Assembly (NCBI GenBank): GCA_040285825.1
Contig: JAUPSS010000003.1
Location: 2,542,001-2,606,000, forward strand
Reading direction: 5' to 3'
Origin: Eukaryota sp. TZLM1-RC
Taxonomy: Eukaryota > Protista > Metamonada: BaSk clade
Length of the DNA: 64,000 bases
In this document: in pieces, positions 48,576 to 61,743 of the stretch
How positions within the stretch are numbered: the first letter of the stretch is position 1
Layout: the number at the start of each line of letters is the position of its first letter
The notes under the pieces: generated by a model
Databases searched by the model: none
Told to the model about the DNA's origin: nothing
Seen by the model: only the letters and a program-made list of their open reading frames with translations
Program-made: the position numbers and the translations under genes

Positions 48576-49060
48576 TTGATGGGATCACAAGTTTTTTCAG
48601 TATTAAAAAAAGACCACGCGGAAAGTATACATCTGTTTCTGATCTTCCTGTAGATCATATCAAAGCTGCAAGTATTTCTTGAGAAGATTGTTTAATTTTA
48701 ATAACAAAATTTTTTAATAAGTTTTATCCAGCCAGCTCAAATATCCTGAAGAATTGAGATGCTCACGTTTAACTGCACTTGTGAAAAACTTAAAAATGGA
48801 TGTTCGTCCAAATGCAGTTTCTATAAGACTACACAATACAAATTCTGCTTGCTGTTTAAATAGATTCAAAGAAATAGCAAAAGAATTGTTACCGTTCAAG
48901 ACAGAATCAATATCACTGATGAAGTTACTTCACCATTTTTGATACTGACTGCTACTGAATGTATGATAATACAGAACGTCATTTCCTGTAATGTATTGAC
49001 TACTCAAGATCTCAATGAAACATTTATGTATACAATTTTGCCACTGATTAAGGAAAACTT
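48576..49060 (+). pseudogene. CRE-like RT N-terminal fragment
   Basis: SRLTALVK...VRPNAVS resembles SRLVALNK...VRPIAVG. Confidence 0.6.
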
Positions 49061-49079
49061 CTCCTTTTTGATGCATAAT

Positions 49080-49790
49080 TGTTGGTTCCTAGTCATAGTT
49101 AGTTATTAGATTTCTAATTACAGCCATCACTTCTTTATCTAGATTTTTGTTAAATTTACCCTAATTATTCCTATAATAAACTACCCGTTTCTCTGTTTCG
49201 TAGTTTGTTTTCCCTGATGCATGCCCTTATTGACCCAACAGTAATTACTGTGGCTAAGAGTAATCCAAGCTTAGTTGCTCCAATTCTACGTAACGTACTG
49301 TATTTATTACTGAAGAGTTGCGCGACTTTGCTGATTGTGTTTTCCTGTCCCGTCCGTCTCTTCTACTAACGCTCAGTCTTCTCGCCGCTCTGCTCGTTGC
49401 AAAGAGCCTGTCGAAGAAGTACATGAAGAAGAGGTAAACCCTGAAGATATTCGAGTCAACCTCATTGACTTCATCGATGAAGTCCCTGCTAATTCTGCTC
49501 CTGATTTATTTAATTATTCATAAAACGACGAAAATTTGCCATTGATTAAAAAAACCTTCTCCTTATACATCATGTCCACTAACCCTATATCTATGGATGA
49601 TTTCTTAACTACTCTTCGAGAGCCTGGCAAAAATGCCAAAGACAACCAAATACATGGTAGTTACCGCTGCAACGTTTGCTCTCATGAATTCACCACAAGT
49701 GCAACACGCAAGGCGAATCATTTTAAAAAGAAGCCAAAAAGAAGTGAATGAGAGCAACTATGAGGTGTAAGAAAATTTTGGAATCGAAGA
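49080..49790 (+). mobile_element. Family C 5' fragment: LTR 49080-49240 (TGTTGG...CCAACA), gag start, BED-like segment
   Basis: 49210-49787 is near-identical to 36357-36949. Confidence 0.82.
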
Positions 49791-51139
49791 TATCTAACGA
49801 TTCTGAAGTTGATGAAGTTAATTCTGGGGATGAAGCTAAGTGGTTTGTCGATAAACTTTTTCATACATTCACCACTCACTAAGATCTGATCTAATGCAAT
49901 TATATTATATTTCTTATAGTATTCTCAAATAGAACAGCGCATGCTGCACCCGCACAACAATAATTGGACGAGCACCGCTGAACACTGCTTACCAAAGTAT
50001 CTTCCACAACAGTTTTACAAGAGTTGATCAACAATGCCACTGAACACAACGAAGTGTATGATGAAATTATCAGCTTCCATCCTTATTGTTGTCAATATTA
50101 ATATTAAAGTTGTCAAAGTCGGTGGCTGCATCAGTTGTCAAGCACATCAAGAACGAAATTCAAAAAAAAATTCCCAATGAAGCGTAAACGGTTTGTTTCA
50201 GGGGTGGATGGTTTTGAAATTAGCTAGAATGCTTTTCATTTTAATTAGTTTTTGTTTGGTTGTCACAAATGAAAATATCTTTTACAAAACTATTGAAGGG
50301 AACAACCAATGAAGATCAGCAATCTAAATCCAGAATCTTCCGAAATTTTTTTTATAGAAATTGGTGAAATGCATGTGAATATTATTATTTCGGATGTCTA
50401 TTTCACTAAATCATCTGAACACTGCACTGGACAGAAGATTCATCATGAATATAGGATCTTTTGTGAGACAATTCGTTCAAAACCATTTTTAAAAGACATT
50501 TACTGTGGAGAATAAGTGACCATAATTTCTGAAAATGTCAATCTATTAAACATTCCCAATTGGATGCTTTTACAAAATAAAGAGGGAATGGTGATGTGAC
50601 GAGGTTTAAAAAATGACCCAAAATCAATCACAAGCAGCTCAGCGCCAATTTTCTGGTTTCCATGCTCTAAAGATAAAAACACAAAATAACGATCAATACT
50701 GACTCAACATTAATAATATGGTGCAGTGAAAAATTGAAAAAAGTGAAAAAGGAGAAATACTTTAAATAAAAACAATGAATACTACAAAAATCCAAAAACA
50801 TGTAGGCTATACAGACACACGTAATCAGATTTTTCTTGACCGTAATCAACTTCAAACAGTCAAAAACTGAATGATTAATGATTACTCGATCGTTTATGTA
50901 TTTATGAATAGAGACTCTAAATAAAAAGAATTACTCTCAATATTTGGAAGAAACTCGGTGGTAAATGCATTGTTAGTCAAAGTTGAAAAACTCCAAAAAG
51001 ATTTGTTTAGAAAAAAGTTAAACTCTGTTTTTGAGCAAACATTATTGAACAAAAGCTAATTGGAACAAATGACGTGCTAGTTGGGTTTTTGACCTACAGA
51101 ATTGACCTAACGAACATTCGTAACAAGAAAGGTCGTCCT

Positions 51140-51570
51140 AAATTAAACAAAAACAAGACATTTAGTAAAAGAAATTACCAAAGATGGGAAGAAAATACAA
51201 CTAAATTATTAGAACCGAAATGAAATTGATTGAAACCTTGGTAACTATCAATCAATCAACCAATCAATCAAATGACTGTGGCTCAAGAGCAATAATGATC
51301 AAGACACTAAATGATTAATGATTCAATGTCAGAGATCTCTAATGGTTGGTTTCCTGACCTGAAAAAAAAATGAACAGTAGTTGATGATGAGATTCATAAC
51401 AAAAAGAAGTAAACTGAAAATTGAACAAAAACAAGACATTCATAGGGGGAAGATACTACGAAAAAAGAAGTAGAGTAAATTGAATTGAACCTTGATGACA
51501 ATCAATCAATCAAATGATTGAGGGATCAAGAGCAATAATGATCAAGACATCGAATGATTGATGATTCGTT
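51140..51570. repeat. Imperfect direct repeat (two units) with TCAA runs
   Basis: AACAAAAACAAGACATT...TCAATCAAATGA...TCAAGAGCAATAATGATCAAGACA occurs twice. Confidence 0.7.
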
Positions 51571-53296
51571 GATTGAAGTGAATATAACCCTTTTCCCAGG
51601 ATTCAGGAAGTGTTGGTAGATGTGAAGATAGAGGTTCGGAAAGAAGGAGGTTCACTTGTTCAGAAAGAGAGCTATCTATAACCAAAATCTTCACCACAGC
51701 ATTGGTAAAATGGTGTTGATTGAGTGGTGGGAGGCGATATGTGTTGATTTTCCGTTGATTGGACAGTGTTGATATTGAAAAGAGGGAGAGATTCAGGAAG
51801 AGCTAAGCACAAGAGAAAAAAACGAAAAGAGTGTGATAGATGGGCGAAGACAAGATCTCATTTAAGTTACCATTGTAGGCATTGAGTGATGTGGGCGCAT
51901 GTCTTTATCATCAGTTTCAAAAACAGTTGTGGCAGAGAGAAGGTGAAAATTCTGACTGAGAAGTAGACCCTTATACTGTGAGGAAATTAAATTGATATTA
52001 TTGTGTGCCAAGCAGCCAAATCTGTGTTTTAGGATAGGTGCATTCACAGTTTAAGGAAACTTGTACTATTTGTATACTTGTACTTGGTTTGGACTTGTAC
52101 TATACAATACGAAACAGGGGGACTTGTGCAGGTTGCTGAACATGTGGTTCATGGAAGGTCTGATCATTTGTTTGTTTATAAGGAGCACTCATGGACTGTG
52201 AATATGATGGAAGGTCCATTTATAGTTCGGTAGCGTAAAACAGCATTCTTTCTACAATGATGTTAGCTAGAGCTAAATGCAACTTTCCTGTTTTGGAAAG
52301 TATCACCTGTAGTATCACGTGATCAGTAGTTTAAATTTAGTTCTTGTTTTATTAATGGTGATTTTCTTAACTCTGTCTATAAACATCTGTTATTTATTAG
52401 TTTTTTTTATTGGAAACGTATGCACATAAGCCAACAATGACACTTTCAAATAGGTATAACATTCATTTTCTACACATGAGCACAATCCGGAAGGCATTTT
52501 AAACAACTTTGAGACGGGGCTGCATCACCAGCATTAGTAAATTCAAAAATTCATGTCAATTTTATTCATGTGCGTTGTAGTGAAAAGTGTATAAAAAATT
52601 CCTGCAGTCAGTTAAAACATTATGAAAGCTATCATAACAATTTCTGTATGAAATATCAATTGAATTTCACTTAATTTTTTATACTTTCGTTTTTGATAAG
52701 TCTTGTGTATCATCTTTTGTCAAATTTGTCATATTGGAAAATCACAATAGACCATTTACAAAACAACAATTGTTGAGGGTATCATGAGTGGTAACGGTGG
52801 AATCAGAACTTACATTCTCTTGAACAAAGAACACTAGTTTATTCATCCAAACAAAAAGTCAAAAATGTAACTTGGGTATTTTTTTACCACCAAAGTGACA
52901 TGGTCGAGATACGTATTTGTAAAAGTCACTTGTTCGACAAACTCAAATTATGCATCAAAAAATGAACATTTCGATAACATTGTAAGAGTTTTCATCTTAC
53001 TTACCTAAAAAGATTTTGACTATCAAGCTGTCAATCCGATTCGATTACACTTTGGATCATATATTTTCAAATACCAGATTACGTAAAGTTCGTTTTTGAG
53101 ACTAAAATTTCGGATTTTAAAAATACCATTAACAAACTTAAAAAACTGTTGAAAAATTAGAAGACCTCGCATAGTTTATTCTATTAATATGAATGAATTA
53201 ATTATTAATAAATAATTTATTGTTTGGAAACTGTCAATATAAGGTGACAATGGTGAGGTGACGTGATTTCCCAGGCAATGTCACGTGCAACTCTAA

Positions 53297-56056
53297 CTAA
53301 TAATCTACAATTGAGTATTCACTGCCCTTATAAACAATCCATATACCAAATACAGTTCCAGAAGGAATTGGTTTGGTATCACTCCTTCCATTTAAGCTAA
53401 AAGTAGCTTGATTGTTTTCAATATTGACGTAAAGAATGTCTCCTTGGTTCATTCGAGGGAGGGCGAAGTCACCATCACTACCAACCCAACCATTAGTCCG
53501 ATAGTAAGTACCACTATTGGGACGACCCTGCCTAATATCATCCATTGTCCAAAACCCAATACGCTCAGTATCAGTCACCTTCCTAGTCCTTTTAATTGCA
53601 ATTTTGAACTTCGTAGGATTGAAATCTATTGCTGCAAAATTACAATGCTTATAACCATCACAAAAATTATTCAAAACCCTTCTATTACCTTCTGAGAACA
53701 CCATCCCAGAACCACTTTGATTTGTATTAAACTTCATGAATTTGGTTTCCCTACCCAATAACTTTTGACTTAGTTGATGAATAATGTCAAATGAGCAATT
53801 ACCAACAATAACCCCTTCCAACCATTCTTCCTTGTTTTTATTAATTGAATTAGAAAGATTTAGGTTTAATAATAAATCACTTGAAATTGTAAAAACTTCT
53901 GGAATTGAACCAAATTCATAATGATCAATAGCCTTGCCTAATAACCAAGAATTTGAATATTTAATTGAATAATTTACCAAAGTTTTGAATTCAATTCCAG
54001 ACAGAGTATTGAATTGTAACCTAGTAGTAAGTGATTCAAAGTCAAAATAAGAAGTAAATTCATTGCCAAGATTCAAAATCCAAATAAAATCCTGAACATT
54101 AATTGAATCAATATTAGAAACAAAATGAATGAAGAATTTTTGTTTCAATTCTTGTTTAATTTCAAGACCTAAAATCAGTTCTAATTGTTCCTTTGAAATT
54201 GGTTCTGTTAACTGAACTGTAAAAGCTTCAATAAGTTTTTCTTTAAGGTTATTGGAGTTTAAGTGCTGAATAAATGACATAAATGCTGATAAATGAGTTG
54301 AATTATTAAATTCGTGGAGGAATTCATCAACTAAAGATGGTTTGATATTTGAATCGCTCAAATCAATCACCCCATCAATCAAAATTGATTGAAAAAGATG
54401 ACAAAACTCAACACTCACCATTCTGGTTATCTCAGTGCTTTTCAATTGAAAAATTACTTTTCCAAAGGATTTTTCTTTTACTTCTTGAATTTCATTTGTT
54501 TTGAAGACTTTGGAATTCATAATATTAACAGAGAAAGTGACTAAAATGCGAGAAAGTTCATCAAATTTTGAAAGAGGAATCCAAATAATTTCATTTAAAT
54601 CAGCAAAAGTAAATTGATCAAAATCAAAAGAATAAAGACATTTTTTAAAAATTTCAACACTCCAATCAGAATTCCCTTGACTGTGATTAGCTTGGCTTGA
54701 ATATGACGTGACCAAGGTATTGAGTAACCAATAATTAACTTCACGATCATTTTGATTGTCAGATTTCAATTTTTTAAAAGTTTGAGGTTTGATTGAGATG
54801 GGATCAGCATTGATGATGCTAAATTTTGGCATAAATGTTTCCAAATTTTCACTATTGAAATTTTCACGATCAGCAAGTTCAATCGTCTCAACAAACCAAT
54901 TTGGATTTCTATTTGAATCTTTAACATTTCCAAAACATTTAATAGAAAATTCAATTAAAATAGTTGATAAAGAGTCATCCATTTTGAAGGGAGAAAAAAG
55001 TTCAAAATAAACAAAGTCAAATGGAATATCCTTGACTTCTAACAAAGTCAACACATTTTTAACCTGCTTGAGTGTGAAAATTTGGTCACTTGACCATGAC
55101 TTTACGAAACTTTTAATCAACCACATCACGTGATTGATTGACTTTAATTGACCTGAAAGTTTGATTAAAGTGATTGGTTTAAGTTCGACGTGTTGACGTT
55201 CACCAAGGTCAAAAATACCAGGAATCTGATTGACCACTTCATCAATCAAATGTGAATCAAATTGATTGACAGTCATCAATAACCAAAAAAACCAATCATT
55301 TTTAGTTTTTGAAGGTTCAAAATTTGGTAATAAATTGACTGAAAATTCCAACAAAACATCAATTAAATCTTCAAAATTACCAAAAACTTTTACAATTTTA
55401 TTCCAAATAAATTCAATTTCAATTTGTTTAACCAATTCAAAACAATTTTTCAAAACTTGGTCAACATCTTCAACAGAAATGCTACCCTTGACATAGGAAT
55501 CTACCATAGAAAGAAGCATCCATTTAATAGAGCCAGTAGTGGTTAGATTCATAGAAAGAACTTCAAAGGATTCCTCCTTCAAAACTAGTGGTCGGTCTAG
55601 TAGAAGCTTATCTAACAAAGGACAGCACTTCTTAATGAACGAATAATGCACACATTCATCGGCTCTGTGGATGACATTCACAAGGTGAGGAGATGAGAGG
55701 TGTTGGATGAAGGAGAATGCTCTCTCCACTATTTCGACGGCCTTGAAGTATTCAGCAGTGTAGAAGATATCAAAAACATTCTCGTTTGTTATCTCCAAAG
55801 GCTGGCAATAGAGAGCATTGATGAAGTCTTGGAAAATGGTAACATCAATGGGAAGATCGTAAATTTCTAAGCGTTGTAGATCTCGGTCAGTGGTGGGGAT
55901 GGTGAACATTTGGTGGAGGTATCGAGAGAAGACAGAGAGAACGTTGCGATGAAGAGCAAATTCATGTTCAAGATAGACAAGAGTGACATCGGAGAAATCA
56001 GTCGTGTGGAAGAGCTTCTCGGCAAACGTGGAGGATGGGTACTGGAAGGTGGCCAT
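53297..56056 (-). CDS. BTB/POZ protein with internal helical repeats and SPRY-like C-terminus (919 aa from MATFQYP)
   Basis: FSDVTL...FALHRNVLSVFSRY, IFYTAEYF; C-terminal RIGF...GWVG...MNQGDIL...ATFSLNG; long intact ORF (in-frame ATGs also lie slightly upstream). Confidence 0.88.
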   Translation of the reverse strand: MATFQYPSSTFAEKLFHTTDFSDVTLVYLEHEFALHRNVLSVFSRYLHQMFTIPTTDRDLQRLEIYDLPIDVTIFQDFINALYCQPLEITNENVFDIFYTAEYFKAVEIVERAFSFIQHLSSPHLVNVIHRADECVHYSFIKKCCPLLDKLLLDRPLVLKEESFEVLSMNLTTTGSIKWMLLSMVDSYVKGSISVEDVDQVLKNCFELVKQIEIEFIWNKIVKVFGNFEDLIDVLLEFSVNLLPNFEPSKTKNDWFFWLLMTVNQFDSHLIDEVVNQIPGIFDLGERQHVELKPITLIKLSGQLKSINHVMWLIKSFVKSWSSDQIFTLKQVKNVLTLLEVKDIPFDFVYFELFSPFKMDDSLSTILIEFSIKCFGNVKDSNRNPNWFVETIELADRENFNSENLETFMPKFSIINADPISIKPQTFKKLKSDNQNDREVNYWLLNTLVTSYSSQANHSQGNSDWSVEIFKKCLYSFDFDQFTFADLNEIIWIPLSKFDELSRILVTFSVNIMNSKVFKTNEIQEVKEKSFGKVIFQLKSTEITRMVSVEFCHLFQSILIDGVIDLSDSNIKPSLVDEFLHEFNNSTHLSAFMSFIQHLNSNNLKEKLIEAFTVQLTEPISKEQLELILGLEIKQELKQKFFIHFVSNIDSINVQDFIWILNLGNEFTSYFDFESLTTRLQFNTLSGIEFKTLVNYSIKYSNSWLLGKAIDHYEFGSIPEVFTISSDLLLNLNLSNSINKNKEEWLEGVIVGNCSFDIIHQLSQKLLGRETKFMKFNTNQSGSGMVFSEGNRRVLNNFCDGYKHCNFAAIDFNPTKFKIAIKRTRKVTDTERIGFWTMDDIRQGRPNSGTYYRTNGWVGSDGDFALPRMNQGDILYVNIENNQATFSLNGRSDTKPIPSGTVFGIWIVYKGSEYSIVDY

Positions 56057-56374
56057 TACTTTGTTAAAAATTGAGGACCAACTTTTTGAAGACATAAACC
56101 CACATCTCATCTTTTGAAGAATATAACCAAAAGCACCGTGGCACTTCCAGCTATTCTTGAGATCATACAACTAACTTCGTCTGATACCCTATTCTCACAT
56201 ATTCTAATTATATTGTTCACAAATGACTGTTGTTTGGGTGAGACCCAAAAATAATGCTCTTTTGCCGCTGGCGATAACTATACTACATATATGAAACTGA
56301 CACGGCTGATAAATGTTTAATGCTGTGTTTGGGGGATTAATGGTTGGCGAAAGACATAGTATTACTGTTTTTAG

Positions 56375-57030
56375 TATTTTTTTATTCAAACGAAATTGTT
56401 AACAATTGAAAATCAATTTCTTCAAACTTCACTTCTACCATTGAAAATTTACCTACATCATTTTCTTCATAAAATCTTCTTAGTGATAACAACGAGCTAG
56501 AAACAAGGCTATGCATTTCTTTAAAAACATAAAATACAATTCTATTTTGCAAAACAGGTTCGGTCAAATATTCTTCCAGTTCTATTTTTGACAATACATG
56601 AAAAATCGTCCAAAAAAGATAACGTAGATTTACCCAAGGTTCCAAAAAAAGAAAAAGTAAAAGGACAAAGAAGGTATTGAGTATGTGAGTTGGAATTCAA
56701 ATTATCAATTTTTTTCAGCATACTTGATAGTTTTGCTTTGTCAACTCTACGTAAAGGTGAATTATAAAATCGTGACAGTTTTTCATTTGAGCTGTTTGAT
56801 ACATCAGTAGATCTGACGTCAGTAATGATCATTGATCCAACCAGACCGGGAACTAACACATCGCCGCGGCTGTCACCGAAAGAATTTCTGTCAGATTCAT
56901 CAGCCAAATTTGAAAGCAAAGGTTCTAAAAAGGATTCGATTTTATAAATGGGTTGGAGTGACAATCATTCCACATTGGTAGATTAAACCATGGGAAACAT
57001 TACCAGGCCAGATAAAAGATCGAAGACGTA
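56375..57030 (-). mobile_element. CRE-like 3' fragment (REL) with A-rich tail
   Basis: ESFLEPLL...RGDV...ITDV...PFTFSFFG; QNRIVF. Confidence 0.8.
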
Positions 57031-57258
57031 TTCTTAATATGCACAGTATTACTGGTGTTTAGAAATAGAGGCTCAACGAAAACGATTGAGGTGTTCCACA
57101 ACAAAAAATGGGTTGGAGTGACAGTTTTTCCACATTTACAAATTAAATGATGGGGAAGATTATCAGGCTAAATAAAAGTCCGAAGACGTATATTTAATAT
57201 GCACAATATTACTGGTGTGCAGAAAAAGAGGCTCAACGAAAACGATTGAGGTGTTCCA
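56946..57258. repeat. Tandem duplication, 160-bp period
   Basis: ATGGGTTGGAGTGACA at 56948 and 57108; AGAGGCTCAACGAAAACGATTGAGGTGTTCCA occurs twice. Confidence 0.9.
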
Positions 57259-57978
57259 TGGTCGGTGAAGTAAGCAACATAAACTCAACCCAAAACACAT
57301 TCATAAGACCCATTACATAGCAAATGGACTCACTACGACTTTCTTTGTATCATTTCAGTTATTTTAAAATAACGCCCAGAGAATTTCCATTCACTTTTTG
57401 TTTCGAAATCAGGTGCTTGGTTAGGTTCTATTGACGTAAAGTACTGACTCTTATACAATTTTTCAAGAACACAAGCTGACTTCTATAACGGTGTTGTGAA
57501 AATGAAATTGCCAAAAGGTGTAGCAAATACAGTGTTCAGAAACCACAAATGCTAGATCTATTAATTCTAACACAATTATTGCTATACATTTCAAAAATTT
57601 TCGCATATTACCAATTCAAAATTGTCAATCAAAAAAGATTGTTCAATGCAATTCAAATTTAAATATAGTTTAATTAATCAACCATTTGTGGGTTTCGATT
57701 TAGGTATTATTAAAGAAATTTTGTTGAAAAATTTATGTGTTAACCACGGACTGCTTTTACTGTAAAAAATTGCTATTTTCAGCCAACTCATTGTTGAGTT
57801 GATGTTTCGAATTTGACTTTTTATTGATATTCACAATTGTATTCATATTAAACCACAAAATTCCCGAAACTTATTTTCATCGCTTTATTAATTAATCAAA
57901 GTTTCTAAATGTCGATCACTAACACATAATCGTGTTCATTTGAAAATTTTGAAGAGAAATGGATCGTAAAATAAACAA

Positions 57979-58120
57979 GGATCTGGGACATCTCACCCCA
58001 TTTTTATGAAAAGCGGAACATAAATACCCGCACTGAACAATTTGGTACTTTTGTATCAATTCTTTTATGGAAACTTATCCATCCTGTTCTATTTGATGAT
58101 GTCATCATGTTTGTGCTTTT
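57979..58120. mobile_element. Isolated MULE terminus homologous to 3394-3535
   Basis: GGAAACTTATCCATCC...TTTGATGATGT.ATCATGTTTGTG is shared. Confidence 0.75.
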
Positions 58121-60617
58121 TAGTTTGTTTTATGGCGTTCTCGTATTCAAATTGCCATTATTAATAGATTACCTCCGTTTTTCAATCGAATTAGAGAAGC
58201 TTTACCTAGACAGCAAGCAGATCAAGATTTTGTAGAGGAAATATTGGTTCAATGTATTTCGTCCCATTAGTTATGAGTTTATTTTGTTAAATGTGGAAGT
58301 TAAATAAGTAGATAATAATGTTATTGTGTTGTAGGAATTGTTCTTGAAGAATCAATTTTGCTTTGCAACCATTTTATTATACCCGGGAAATATTGAACAA
58401 AGGTTTGAACAAAAACAATGTTGATGAAACTCAAGAAAAAAATCATCGGAATTATTACAAGATTTTATAAGTATACATTCAAGAAATTGCAACATTATTT
58501 TCAACTTAAGAAAACAGAAAGTTTTAACTGAAGCAACTCATCTAAATGAAAGGAAAATTCACCAATATCAATAAAAATTGATTTAAAACGAATTTGACCT
58601 TGTAAGTTTTGAAAAATTATTATTAGAATGAACATATTTAATTTTCATATATTTATTTCATGAGTTCAATTTTCTCAGTAACCAGGGATTTCAGCAGAAC
58701 CTGTCATAATTTAAGAAGTACTTTCAGCAAATATTTGGTGTCTCCTGGTTAAAACGAGAGTTTTCCTTCTGTGTCATGGAGAGAATAAGTAGTTCAAAAA
58801 ACTCTAAAAATCTTGTGTGACCCGAGTCCTCTTGAGCATTCAAAAAGTCATGTAGCACCAGAGTTATTAGCTGCTGTTGTTGAGAAACAAGAATACCAGT
58901 GAGACGCCAAATGGTCATTATGTAGAAACAGATAAAACTCCAGTGTTGAACATCAGCATGTTGAAACATGGTGGTGATTTGTAGCCTACGTAGACGAATT
59001 GATCACATCATCAATCACAAATATGATGAATGAGCAATGAAATTAAAAGAACATTGAAGATACATATTCATTTTATGTGTTTTTAATGATCAACTCAAGT
59101 ATTGTCAGCATAAAATAAATTATTTATTTAATTCCAAGTATTTAAAAGTGAGAACCTAAACATCAGGTTGATTTTTAAAATAATATCAAAAATTTTTATC
59201 AAGATTAGGATCATGTTCAATAAATCTTGAATCAGCTAACACATTCTGTTACAGAATTCTTCCGTAAGAATACGAAATCAAGAATTTGTTAGTTCGTCCA
59301 GTTAGTTGATGAGTACAGTTACTACTCGAACTATTTGATGGAAAAAATTACTATAAACATTGAATTATATTATAACTTCACGAATTAAAACAAAAAAATG
59401 AATTTAAAGCGAATAAGTTGGTCTGTTGTCAATCAGGAAAAATAGAAAAAGTAGTTAATGGAGTCCCTGTTCGGTACAGAATTGTTGAAAAAAAACCGAT
59501 GTATCTTGAATACTAAACTGCACATTGAGTGCTTAATCGATATGTGATTGCAATTCAAAGTCAATGTTAGGGATATTAAAGTGATGACATCGCTTGGGTA
59601 TTTCATAAAAACAATATATATATTATATAGTTCAGATCAAGTTTGCGCTGAAAACATCAATACTAAACATCCACCCACACTAATCTCTACAATACCTTTG
59701 GTCTACAATTATCATGAATATGAGAGTACGTAATCCTGTACATGATTAGAGCACTGTTAACATCCCTATCCCAATAGCCACCACATTTACTGTTTTGACA
59801 GTGTAGCAGTCCATGGCATGGGACTAGTTTGACACTGATTCCATCTTCACGAATCCTAATAGCCTCATATCATTTTGATATCCCGTTCTTTCTTCAGTTA
59901 AACGCTTTACTATCTGTCATAGGTGTTGAACGTCTAGTCCGTTTTGGGATATTGATGAATATGAAATTATAATACTCAATACTACATATTCTGAATCAAA
60001 AAGAGTTCTTGATGTATCAGTTTCTATGTCATGAATATCATTGTGTGCATATGTTAACCGTTTTTCGGGAAAAGGACATTCGACTTTGCAAGCCTGGACG
60101 ACATCTTCAACATGTTGGGAAGTTTCAAAGCCTATGCTGTTTAGACAAGTTGTAGTGGGTCGCAGTGAGACATACTATGAAGAAGTTTGGGTTGGATGGG
60201 TTGTAACTCACTGTGAGTGGTACTGACCTCAAAACTAAAATGGTTTTATGTTGATTAGCGTTTGGATGTAGTGATATGCTTCAAATAGAACATTGTTTAA
60301 ATAACATTTATTTACAATCCTACTGTGAATTTCACTTATCATGCGTTCCCCTGTGAAATTCACTCCTGTTTTCAACTCCCTCAGTGTCTACTCACAGGCT
60401 GTAAGAGACATGTAGCATCATTTGACAAAACCTTTTAACATTTAACCTTCATCCAATGAAGGTTAGATATCTTGATTTAGACTTGTTGACCAATAATGTT
60501 GACCAATAATTAAGCCATATTTATTTCTATGCAATACAAATCCAACTATCCTTGTTGTTGAGCTTTCATTGACAAGCTTCTTCCTAAAGTTAACAGAATG
60601 ATCATAAGGTAACAAAT

Positions 60618-60842
60618 CAGCAACTATAATTTCATCACACAACAATAATTGAGAAGAAATAACAGCAGATGAACGAATCATATTTCTTAAAACACAATAG
60701 TTGTCCCAAATTCCAAGTTCCTTTGGATCACAGCCTTCTCCAGAAAAGACATCTAAACCAACAATGCCACCCTCTTCGGCTTCTTCTTGCAAGTTGATAA
60801 TAGTCTCTTCAGCATCAAGACCAGAGTTTTGAGCAAGTGTTT
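60618..60842 (-). pseudogene. CCT6: C-terminal fragment of chaperonin CCT zeta subunit
   Basis: TLAQNSGLD...VGLDVFSGE...GIWDNYCV...QLLLCDEII; no upstream part present. Confidence 0.85.
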
Positions 60843-60981
60843 ATCTCAATAGGTCAGAAACACAAAAAAGGGATTAGGGAGGGAAGGGAAAAAAAAGGGA
60901 TTTGTATTCAACCTAAAATTCAACCACAGTAATAAATTATTATTCCTAAAATTCCCTTTTCAGTCCTGACAGTCTTTGTTT

Positions 60982-61690
60982 ATGTCGCATTTTGCCCTAC
61001 CAAAGTACTTTTCATACTGCAAATCACATTATGAAATCTATCCGACCTTTGTGAAAGACCTTCAACCAGCTGAACATAGTCTTCTGTTGATGGAAAACTT
61101 GAGAAGAATCTTTCCAAAACACAACAAGCAAGAGATTCTCGCCAGTCTGAATCTCCTTGCATATATTGAAGTTCCGTTAGACACGGATGTAGCATGTTTA
61201 TGCTGCAAAAATATCTCCAAAATATGCCTGGTGTTTTCGTCACTTGATAGTAATAAGTTGATCCCTATTGGGTCTCAATGTATGTATTAATCCTCAATGT
61301 ATGAAGCGTCTTGTGCCAGGACTTTCTGGACATGTGCAAAAGCTGGAAAACTGCTGGCAAGAAGCTATCCGTATTGACATTGAAAAGTCAAAACAACTCT
61401 GTGATGATTCCTTGTTGGACGAGACTGGTAGTTTGGTTAGAAAAGCCCAGAGGTTTTTTCCTGATAGGTTTGAAGCTGGCATATTCTGGGATATTCAAGA
61501 CACATACGAAACCAAGAAGGAAAATTATAACAATGATTATTGCTTTGATAATTTTGAATATGAGGAAACACCCTGGGAGCTCAGTCCAAAGCAAAGATCT
61601 TCTGTTCTCGGGACCTACGCACAAGCAAGAAGAAAGTGTAGGTATGGACTCTCAACTGATTTTTTGGATAGAGTATTGTTTTTGATATAA
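60982..61690 (+). pseudogene. CxC...GxxC zinc-finger-like protein frameshifted by a 19-bp insertion
   Basis: CLCCKNI...IGSQCM|KRL is restored by removing one CTCAATGTATG copy plus the filler. Confidence 0.6.
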
Positions 61691-61743
61691 AAGACTTTTG
61701 GTTTGCCTATAATGAATACTATGAGCAACAAGCTAAATGCATT

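Noticed and set aside
61280-61306. 27-nt GTATGT...AAG intron
   Set aside because: Removal does not restore the frame, whereas removing the 19-bp duplication does.
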